Of a stretch of DNA of 60,000 bases, positions 49,991 through 60,000 are shown piece by piece. Source of the DNA: Callorhinchus milii (lineage: Eukaryota); contig NW_024704742.1 of assembly GCF_018977255.1 (NCBI RefSeq), forward strand, positions 118,918,001 through 118,978,000, given 5' to 3'. Under the pieces are notes generated by a model. It had not been told where the DNA came from. It did no database searches and saw only the letters and a program-made list of their open reading frames with translations. A program made the position numbers and the translations under genes. Each line of letters begins with the position of its first letter. Positions within the stretch are counted from its first letter, which is position 1.

Positions 49991-51309
49991 GTCTTATCTT
50001 ATTTGTTGAAATATCTCAAAGTGCTTCAAGGATTTTACTATAAAATGTACTTGAATGTATTTGTAGGTAAACACGGCAACCAATTTTGTACAGCAACGTC
50101 CCACACACAGCCATAAAGTGAATGAATAAATTTATTTGGAAGATTGTTGGCCAAGATATCGAGAGAAACTTCTGTGATAATGTCTGCCTGAATAGTCAGA
50201 TGGGACTTGCTACCTAAAAAGCAATAGGTAAGGTTAGGATTTTTTTAAGGTGGTTAGGATGTAGTGTGTCCTTACCTAGAACAGTGGTCGAAGCAGAATT
50301 CATACAATTTTTTAAGATGGAATATCCGAAAAGACGAAATATAAAGGGTATGAAAAAAAAGCAGGAAAATGGGACTAAGGACCACTCTTTGGGCATGTTA
50401 ATGTAGAATTGTAACTTTTTCGTTCGTCCCAACTGTCGTCTTACAAACAGACCATACACCGTGGATATATTCACAGTAAGATTTAATTGTAATTAAAAGA
50501 GCTGATTCAAGAACAGTCAACAGTCTCCAAGTAGAGCACCTGACAGTCAAAAGAATGAGCTGCTGATGGTCAGTTAAAGCAGCCTTTTTATCCCCAAAAA
50601 GTGCTCAAGGTCGTAACACATACAAAGGAAGGCAATTAAAAAAGTATTATCAATCATGTGGCTCCAACAACTGTTCGAATGGTGACGTCAATCAATCCAT
50701 ATCTCTCAACAAGGTTAAATGTCGCTACTAATTAAGTCTCTATTCATGATGATTATTATTCTTTTAAGAGTCAAGAAAATATAATTGGCATAGAGTATTT
50801 GCCTGATTAATACCGTTGTCTAAAGTACAAAAGATATATTCTAAAGCTATCTAACAAGAATGCAACCTTTAAATTTATAACACGGAGTAAGAAATAATGA
50901 GGGAAGGGGGCTCAGGTTAGGGGACGATCAGGGATGTTTGAGGCAAAAGCTTATCTCCAGATGGTGTTTGTGTCAGACAATGCCTTATTCATTTCAAAGT
51001 TTGCAGAAGTTACTGTTTCCCTGCTTCTGTGGAATGCCCAGATAAGGATGCAGCTGGCATTGCCAAGTCTGCGTTTCCCAGGACTTGCTTTTTGGTCATC
51101 TAATAGTTGGTTAAAAGGTATAAAATTATTCCTAGGTAGAAAAGATTTTTTCTACAATCTCACATTAACATGGGCACAGTAGACTGAATGGCTTCTTGTG
51201 TGTGGTGAATGTTTATGGTTTTAACTGATAGACACCGATAAATCACACCAGATACAAAAAAAATTAAATCAGCATTTATTCAATAAATGGTTTCTCAAGA
51301 GTGAGCTTT

Positions 51310-51512
51310 TCTCTCTCTCTCTCTCTCTCGACAGCGCCCTGGTGTGCCAACTCTCGCTCTTTCTCTGCAGCCCCCTAGTGTACCAACTCTCTCTCTCTCG
51401 GCAGGGCACTGGTGTGCCAACTCTCGCTCTTTCTCTCTTTCTCTCTGCAGCCCCCTGGTGTGCCAACTCTCTCTCTCTCGGCAGTGCCCTGGTGTGCCAA
51501 CTCTCGCTCTCC
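51310..51512. repeat. Minisatellite with a CCCTGGTGTGCCAACTCTC core
   Basis: 5 units of 31-45 bp. Confidence 0.9.
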
Positions 51513-52628
51513 ACCTCTCCCTCCACCGTGTGCATAAGTAAGTCTGGTGTGAGAGGAGGGAGGCACTGCGCGTGTATGGGGTGCTCTCTCTCTCCCCTCT
51601 GTGTGTATCAGAGTACTTATAAAGTGAAAGCCCTGAAAAACTTGATTTTGGGACATCTACATAGAACTCAAAGTGCTAAAATTAATCCCCTGGAAATGAA
51701 ATTAATAAACAATGAAAAATCAAAGCCCTATGTAATAACAAATAGTTCTTCACAGACCATTTGTTCACAAAGCTCACATAGTTCACATGGCTCATAGCTC
51801 AATAAATGGTAAAAACAAACATTGATCTGTTACCCTATTTCTCTGCTCATAATAATCCTTGCATCCAAACATCCTACGTTACTATTATTCAAAGTATTTT
51901 CCATGATGTGTAGATGAAAAGTAGCCAGTGAAGCTTTTACTCTTGTCCCCAAAGTGTGCAGATAGTGCCCACACGCTCTATTCACGCAAACTAGTTATTT
52001 TCTGTACCATTATAATAAATAATAATCCTTGCCTTTGATATAGCACCTTATCATGTCTTCGAGACATCTCAAAATGTGTCACAGAATACACTACAAAGTG
52101 AATTCACTGTATATATTGTGGGTGAAAAAAATCAAGTTCTTTTTAATATTTTTTGCATTAAAGATGAATTAATTCCCACAATTTTCTTTTCTAGTTTACA
52201 AGTAGTTTCTGCTAGCACTCCACAACTTGGTTTAATGACAATATTGCACATTTATAAATCACTGATTAGAATGTAAATATTTTTTCTTCTCACAAAATCT
52301 TTTTGGTACTTATACCACAAAGACCACATTAACATTATCAACAATAACAGGACATCCTCCCGATGTGAAAGGCGCTCTATAAATGTAATTTTGTTGTTGT
52401 TGCTGAATCTGATGTTTTCTTTATTTCATTTGCTTTGCAAAGCTTTTCTCCCTCATCCTTGTCCTGACCAAGTACACAGCAGGTGACTTGAGAGGTAATT
52501 GTTATAAGGGGGCTGTGGATGATCCATGACACAGTGTCAAAGCAACTCAGTTGTATTGCAAACACAATTTAAAGTATTTAAACACAACATATACAAGAGG
52601 AGAAAAGGTCATCTTCGTTTTTGAAGCA

Positions 52629-52634
52629 TTTATT
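52629..52634 (-). terminator. Probable CDK7 polyadenylation signal AATAAA
   Basis: AATAAA about 170 nt after the stop codon, followed by U/GU-rich sequence on the minus strand. Confidence 0.7.
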
Positions 52635-52805
52635 GAAAAAATACAGATGCACCATTATTCACAAGTATACAATCAATACTTTAAATCCACTGTACTTTGT
52701 ACATAGTAGTTCAGTTCTTGTGTGTTACAATATGTAACTGCAATATTAGGTTTCTCACATATCGGTTCCATTTCGATCTATTTTCAGCAGCAATCATTGG
52801 AAGAG

Positions 52806-52834
52806 TTAGAAAATTAACCTCTTAGCCAGGCCAC
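52806..52834 (-). CDS. CDK7: CDK7 last coding exon (GGLAKRLIF*)
   Basis: ttttag acceptor, phase 1, TAA at 52806-52808. Matches the human C-terminus GGLPKKLIF. Confidence 0.93.
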
Positions 52835-54381
52835 CTAAAACATGAAGTGGATAACATTTACATCTGACTGTTAGTCAAAATTGATTATAAATACAGGCCT
52901 ATATTGTATCTACATTTTTATTATTTGGAGACTAGCTATAATGGAACCCAACTGACTTTTTTCCTATACAATCCTTTGTTCCAAGAAACTGCAAGAAGCA
53001 AATGGAAAGCTTTTTACAAATCAATCTTATTTGCTCTTATTCTGAAGTCCATGAATGCTGGAGTCAAGAAGAACACAGGAGGGAGGAGGTCTCTGTGAAA
53101 CAGAATGCATCCATCCCTCCATCTGGAGAACACATTCTTCAAATGACCCTGTTGACTCAGTGAAACAGATTTTCATGTCACAGGCTATTAAGTGCCATTT
53201 GACAATTTCCACATTAGTTTTCTTTCTCTTCCATTTTAGATGGTCTCCAAACCATGACATACTGGGTTGATGACATTGGGGAAATGTTTTATCTGACCTC
53301 AGAAGCTAGTGGAGGAAAAATCTTTCATTTATATTAAACAGATGCAGACTTCCAAAGCTGGCAAGCACATCCACTCTTCCTTTGGGATAAAGTAGATTTT
53401 TTAAAAAATTGAACTTTATCTCAATCTTATCCTGGAGCTAGGAATACTAATGTACAGCCCATTAGTTATGCATGCCTAGATTTTCAGTTTGACAGACAAA
53501 CTGAGTTAAAAAATCTTATTTTGGAGAAATCTAGCTCCATACAAATAAGTACTTGAAGACCAAAGGCAGCTGGGACGGGCTTTCAATCAGCCATGCATAC
53601 TTTTCATCCTTCAGACCTCTCCTCACACAAGGGCGTCAAGCTTAGAAAGATTCTTTACTGTTAAAAATAGAACACTTGGGTTATGAATCCTGGAAGCAGC
53701 ACACATTTCCCTTCAGGTTCTTTGGATGAAGTCACTTTTTCTTTTTAAATCTAAAGATAAATTCTGCTTCAATGATAGCTTGGCTCCTTTTAAACATATA
53801 GTAACTGGAGAGAGACTCTACAGAAAACAATCAATTATTTGAAATGGTTCCCTGAGATACAGCAATTTTTAAATGTCACAACTTTTTCTCCCACAGGCTG
53901 AATCTAATAATAATCCTTGCATTTGATATTGTGCCTTATCACAATGTGGAAACAAAGCATCAAAGCATTTCACAGGAATTTTACTGTGAAGTATAGTGTC
54001 TATTTTGTAAGCGATCACTGTAGCCAATTTGCACATAGTAATGTCTCACAAACAGCTAAGCAGTCAATGATCTGAAGGATTGTTGGCCATAACAATACAG
54101 AGCCATTTTACTAATACACATATGGACCCCACTGGGGAAAAATCTATGGGAAAGAGCAAAGGGAAGACTGCATCTAGCTCTACTATATGTGAATTGAAAG
54201 ACTTATCCCAGTTATCAGCCTCTTGCTGTCTGTGCATTAAAAAATACATTGTCCTGATCAAAATTTGCTAACTCAGCACAGATCAGAGATTAAACCTGTG
54301 ATCTCTGTATTCATAAAGTGATACATTTACCCATTGAGCCATCAGGAATTGGTTTAACAACGTAAAACCAACGTAAAACCT

Positions 54382-55212
54382 GCTTGGCTCGCGCCTGCGC
54401 CTCAGCACCTCACGCTCTGGCAACATGAACCTTCATGGTTGCACACTATAACTCACCAAGCCAGTCAGGAACCCCGGTGTCTTGTTCAACCCTCAACTGC
54501 CTTTTCTCCCCCACATTCAAGCCATGACCTGCTCTGCCTTCCCTCACCTCCGTAACATCACCCGACTCCGCCACTACCTCATCCCTCAGGACACTGAAAC
54601 TCTTGTTCATAGCTTCGTCGCCTCCAGGCTCAACTATACAAATGCCCTGCTTGTCGGCATTCCCAACTCCTCCTCCACAGACTGCAGATAATCCAGAACT
54701 CTGCAGCCCGTGTCCTCTCCCGCACCAAACTCCATGACCCCATCTCCCCCATTCTCGCCCGAATCCATTGGCTCCCTATCCTTCAGAGGATCCAGTTCAA
54801 GATCCTGGTCCTCACATACAAAGCCCTTCATGGCCTCACCGCACCCTACCTCTGCGACCTCCTAACCCCCTACCAACCCGCCCGTTCACTCCTCTCAGCC
54901 GGCTCCGGCCTGCTCCTTCGTCCCCCGACCCACCCGCCCCACCATTGGCAGGAGAGCCTTCATCCACTCTGCCCCAAGCTGTGGAATTCTATTCCCCAGT
55001 CACTCCGCCTCTCCCCCCCCTTAGCCTCCTTCAAGTCCTGCCTCAAGACTCTCCTCTTCGATCATGCCATCGGCCATTGCCCTTCCCCTCCCCTCTCTTA
55101 CCCCCCTTACCCCAGCTCGGGTCTGAAATGCTGTACCCTGACCAGCGCCTTGAGACGTCCTCCCAACGTGAAAGGTGTTATACAAATGTAATCTTGTTGT
55201 GGTTGTTGTTGT
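54382..55212 (+). mobile_element. L2 LINE 3' fragment in the last CDK7 intron
   Basis: SRLNYTNALL/IQNSAARV homology and a (TTG)n tail. Confidence 0.9.
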
Positions 55213-55761
55213 AAGGTCCGTAAATTACATATATTTGATTATGTGTATCCCTTATTATTCTCGATAAAGTTTATATTAATCCTCCCCAAACACACACTGC
55301 CAAGTGCTCTGGCACGTTATCTTGCATGAGGGGTGCTATATAAATGCGAGTTGTTGTTGTACTGAATTGTGAATTTAAATAAACTTGCTCAAGTATAAAT
55401 CTGTGGTCCATGTTCACAAACTTCGTAACCTATATCTTCCCATTTACCTTTATTATAACGTCATTGTGTTACTAGGTTTATTGGGGATGCCAAATCATTT
55501 AGAATGATGGATCTCACAATTGGTAAAAATATGGGCTTCAACCCACAACCTTCTTCTTCTTCACACTCAGAGACAAGATTACCAGCAACTGGAAACGAGA
55601 AGGAAAGCACTAATGGGACAGTTGTTTAGCACCCTCTTCTTTGTGGTGGATATCAGGAGTATTGATGGCTACCTACACACATCTCTGTACTTTCCTAGAA
55701 AGTAACAATGAGAAAAATTGATACTTGGAAAAATATAAGACAGAGAGGTCGGAAAGCATAC

Positions 55762-55906
55762 CTGTCTCTGTATTTTCAGTTCGCTTCCTCTTGATAGCTG
55801 CTTTAACATCTTGTTCTTTCAAGGTTTCTGTTGGTGCATTGGGTCGGGGTAACTGGGGTCCTGGGGTTGGTCCTGGTCGGTTACTAAAGTACCTATTCTT
55901 CAGTGC
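55762..55906 (-). CDS. CDK7: CDK7 penultimate exon ([23 protein letters not shown]...[11 protein letters not shown])
   Basis: 145 nt, ttaag acceptor and GTATG donor. [11 protein letters not shown] and KRKR are conserved. Confidence 0.97.
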
Positions 55907-56459
55907 CTTAAAAGACAATTTTACATTATATTGAGAGAAGCAACTGTGTGGTCAGTAAGACCCCAAGAAAATAAGAGAAAAGATTGCTCAGCACATCAAA
56001 ATGACCATGTAGAACTTGGTAGGCTCTCCCCGACTCCCTTAATCTCCTGAGAGATGACTACATACAGGTCAAACCTCTAAGAAGAGAAACTGAAATTCCA
56101 CCCAATATCCATCTCACCTTATTTCTATGCTATTCAACAAATGACATTAGTATAGTTACAGGACTGGAATATTGCTTCATACGAACGATTTAGTACTTCT
56201 TTCTTATAGATGCTCTTACAATTTAGACTTGGTGAACTAAATCAACAGCGATTCTCAGACTTAAAACATTCAAAATTTCTCATTGTCCAACAATTCATTT
56301 TCTAGATCTTCTAGACTGTAAACTCAGCGCCTTGGGACATCCTCCCGACGCGAAAGGCGCTCTATAAATGGAATCTTGTTATTGTTGTTGTTGACTCTTC
56401 AGCCTTTTTTCCTCCAAAAGCCCATAGGATTTTAAAACGCAAGTTTGGCATCAACCTAA

Positions 56460-56755
56460 CCTGATCTCTCCCCTACCACTCAGCAGGATCCAGTCTGCTC
56501 CAAGTCCCCTGCTCTGCCCACCCGACAATCAGCAATCGGGCCGTCAGCCGTGTTGCCTCCACTCTTTGGAATTCCATCCCACAGACCCTTCACCTTGCAA
56601 CCTCCCTTTCCTCCTTCAAGGCATGTCTCAAGACTTTGATCGCGCCTTTGGTCACCCTCCTACCACTACCCCTCCTGATCCTGACCTCCAGCATCTTAGG
56701 ATGTCCTCCTGACGTGAAAGACACTATACACATATAATTTGTTGTTGTTGTTATT
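56460..56755 (+). mobile_element. L2 LINE 3' end
   Basis: ggaattccatcccacag...cctgacgtgaaag...(TTG)n. Confidence 0.7.
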
Positions 56756-56851
56756 ATATTGCACCTTCTCTTACTCTTTGCAACTTTATTAGGACAATAG
56801 TCTTTATTAGACTTCACATAGGCTACAAACAAATGCAGAGATTGTGGGTAC

Positions 56852-57001
56852 CTGTGAGGCGGTGATGCGTGTGCTGGGATTAAATGTAAATAAGTCCTGT
56901 AGTATTTCCAGCAGGTCATCCCCTGCTGCACTGAATATATGCTCAAGTGGTGTTCCAGGAAAACTTTTAAATGATACATAATCTGGCAGGTTAGTCATAC
57001 T
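56852..57001 (-). CDS. CDK7: CDK7 exon ([50 protein letters not shown])
   Basis: 150 nt, ttgcag acceptor and GT donor. Lies inside ORF 56807..57070. Confidence 0.97.
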
Positions 57002-57859
57002 CTGCAAACACAGATCGAACAATGCAAAAGAGTCAATATTGTGGGGGAGGAAATTATGCAGATGTAACATGTGGTTTTTTCAATGATTTAACTCATTTAA
57101 CTAAGTAACAATTCTGGTACATAATGAAGAGATTTATTTAGGTTCAATGTGTAACTAAGATTGTTTTTGTGCTTAGAGTCCTAGAAAACATTTCAGTTCA
57201 ATTTTTTTTCTGATCATTAGGTCTAAGGGACCTGAGATCTCCATCTTGATCTAGAAAAAAATTGTTTTGTTTCTGGGTGAATGCAGATTTCACTTCCCTT
57301 CCCCAGATCAAAACTAGAAAACAGAAATGAAACCAAACAGATTAAGCTAATGAAGCAGCTACAATTTGAAATGTTAAAAGTGGTCACCAAAGATGTTCAA
57401 GCTGATCAATCTGCAAGATGGGAGACACCGTTTTGTAGGAGAGGGTTACCATCTAGTGGCTGCTTAGTGTTAAACACTAAAGGCTGCGAATTCTCTCTTT
57501 TCTTATTATTCACACCAGTGATAGTAATTGCATAGATGAATTTGCACCTTTTCAAGCCACATGAATTGCTTGAAAAGGTGCAAATTCACCTCTAGTATTG
57601 GGGAATCCACCAATATCACTAGAGTATGTACGCCTTCAAAGTGTTGGATTAATACATATTTTAAAAATCACCTGAGATTTAGCACTTCACCAGAGAATTA
57701 TGAATACAGTAATCTGGTTATGAAACTCATCAATCACTGTAAGTGTCATATTGAGACAATTATTTTACATCCACGTCCTCGTCCTATAATAATGATTTGG
57801 TTTAAAATACGGCTTTCGTACTCTAAAGGGAATACCATGTACGAAAAAGTTCAACTCAC

Positions 57860-57946
57860 AGGCCAAAGATCCTCTGTTGGGGTACCCAAAGCTTCAAATA
57901 TTTTTGTCAGCTGGTCTAGATCTGAATCTCCAGGTAAAAATGGAGT
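57860..57946 (-). CDS. CDK7: CDK7 exon ([29 protein letters not shown])
   Basis: 87 nt, aacag acceptor and GTGAGT donor. PGDSDLDQL motif. Confidence 0.97.
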
Positions 57947-58505
57947 CTGTTTGAACAGTACAAATTACAAATAGTTAGACATGAAGAGCTATTTTTCTTC
58001 TTTTTCTCAAGCTATTTATTTACAAAATGGACAATGATTAAATGAAAAAGCAATTAGTTCCCAAAAGAATGCTCTCAAAACCATTGTGTACAATAAATTG
58101 AACATTTGTATTCATAGATGAAACCTGTAAGAAGTCACATGAAGTAGCCCAATGTATTGCATCACACACTCCGTTCCCTCACACACACTTTGTCCCTTTA
58201 TCTCAATTGACAGCGGCTTCTACACAGCAAGGAAAATATAATGGAAACGAGCTACCATTGGCCATTCGCTACATATCCTAGTAACTAGCTCAATGGTTAC
58301 TTTGATCATCTATCTATTCTTAGCCAACAAACTGATTACAACAATTTGCACTTATATGGTGTCCTTCAGGTGGGATACGATTCAGAGCGCTTCACAAGCA
58401 CAGAAAAGCCATTGCCATACTATCAAATAAGCCCAATATTCCTATTCATTTCCATGCTTCAGTTGCTGAAGATAAAACCTAACAGATCAGTGTTGGGTGT
58501 TAGAA

Positions 58506-58807
58506 CAAGGGTTCCCAAACGGGGTCCGCAGACTCCTGGGGGGCTGGGAGACGCACTGGAAGTCCAGAGGCTACAGAAGCCCAGTTGGACTATGGAATCC
58601 TGCACAGCCTGAGGAGAAGATGTGAAAAGTGCATTCCTATGGTTCCAGTGCAAGGTATTTCAGAGCAGCTTTGGAGAGGTTGTGAAGAGAGGGAGGCCTC
58701 ACTGCTCTGCAGGAAGCCTGTGCAGCCTGAGTCCCTGTGGGGGCGTCCTCAGTCAGGATACTTAATGTCCTGGGGGGCCCTGAGCCCAGAAAGTTAGGGA
58801 GTCCCTG
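58506..58807. mobile_element. Non-autonomous hAT (Charlie-like) MITE in a CDK7 intron
   Basis: Imperfect TIRs CAAGGGTTCCCAAAC / GTTAGGGAGTCCCTG. TGTTAGAA occurs at both ends, consistent with an 8-bp TSD overlapping the terminal TG. Confidence 0.75.
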
Positions 58808-59057
58808 TTAGAACACTCCTCTTCTACTTCTTGAACTCTGGTCTTACTCCAGCTCATACAAATTGATAATTTATTATCGAGGGTCTAAGATCTAGGATAA
58901 AGAAAGCAAGCAGATCCAAGCTCCCATCAAAACTGGTACCAATTCAGCAAAACACACTTAGAAATGCCTATAAGGGAAGAAAAAGTTGGGACGGACAGTT
59001 GAGTTCTTTTCAGAGGAGCCATTAGTGCATATGGAAGAATTCAGAACACCTACATCA

Positions 59058-59186
<129 letters not shown>

Positions 59187-59242
59187 CTACAATTTACATT
59201 TCAAACAAACCTAGTCCCCAAATTTGCTAAATAATTTACCAT

Positions 59243-59408
59243 GCCTTCAGCTCCCCTCTCGACTCTCTACCCCCTCCTCGCTCCCTCCCTTCCCTCCCCT
59301 CACCCTGACCATTTCCCCCCTGCTCAGGTCCCGACCCAACTGTCCAGCGCCTTGGGACGTCCTTCCGACGTGAAAGGCGCTCTATAAATGCAATCTTGTT
59401 GTTGTTGT
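59243..59408 (+). mobile_element. Short 3' end of the young L2 subfamily
   Basis: Near-identical to the 3' UTR/tail of the 14020 and 48194 copies. Confidence 0.9.
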
Positions 59409-60000
59409 ACTAACAAATATCTCTGGATAATTTTATGATAAAATTCTTGCAATCTCAATAATGTGTATGAGGCTTATTTTAAAAAACAAAAAAAACTCTA
59501 TAATTGAAGGAATTAAGATGGGAGTTATACTAAACTCACTAATTTGTGACTTAATCCAGCTTTTCCATCGCAACGCAGTTATTCACTAAAGCTTTGTCAG
59601 TGGCTGTAAATTGTAACCAATATCTTTTTTGATGGCCTTGCTCAGGAATGTTGGAACATGATGTTCCATGGAATAATTTCCCACATGCTGAAAAACATGT
59701 GAGCAGTTACCAGACCACAATCATTCCCTAAGAAGAGGAATAAAACAATAGGGCCAACAGATCCTTTTTAATCTGAGAAATTAATTTCTTTGATGAAATC
59801 TGGAGTAGCACTGTCTCTAACAGCATACCTATATGACTGAATCCCAGCTTGGTTAATATCCTACAGCCAGGCATGAAAGCCAACACATACAAATAGAGCA
59901 GCAAGGCTGCCTAATGCCATAGGTGTAAGACCAGAAGGCTGTACTGGTGAAATGCAAAATGAAAACGTCAAAAAATGGTTTCCTTGAATAGGCAAGCTTG

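Noticed and set aside
51310..51512. CRISPR-like repeat/spacer pattern
   Set aside because: Eukaryotic DNA, and the spacers are related CT-rich sequence; it is a minisatellite.

Overview
Eukaryotic vertebrate genomic DNA. The repeat content (tRNA-derived Deu-type SINE with an L2 tail, L2 and CR1 LINE fragments, a Penelope-like remnant) suggests a cartilaginous fish; this is an inference. Two spliced genes lie in tandem on the minus strand. SERINC5 has coding exons 1-6 at 30459..568 with a 22.4 kb first intron and continues beyond base 1. The 3' part of CDK7 has its last five coding exons at 59172..52806 and a poly(A) signal at about 52630. All exons have GT-AG borders with compatible phases. 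The rest is intron or intergenic DNA dense in 5'-truncated L2/CR1 LINEs, SINEs, a hAT-type MITE and simple repeats. About 3.7 kb of micro/minisatellite surrounds SERINC5 exon 1. The longest ORFs in the supplied track are repeat artefacts or LINE RT fragments. I found no convincing new gene system. The best leads are small: a perfect 21-bp hairpin in a CDK7 intron, duplicated box-conserved modules in SERINC5 introns, an intergenic structured hairpin, long direct repeats around duplicated intergenic blocks, a degenerate hammerhead-like Penelope remnant, and a covarying SINE/LINE 3' stem-loop. Repeat boundaries are approximate and were read by eye.
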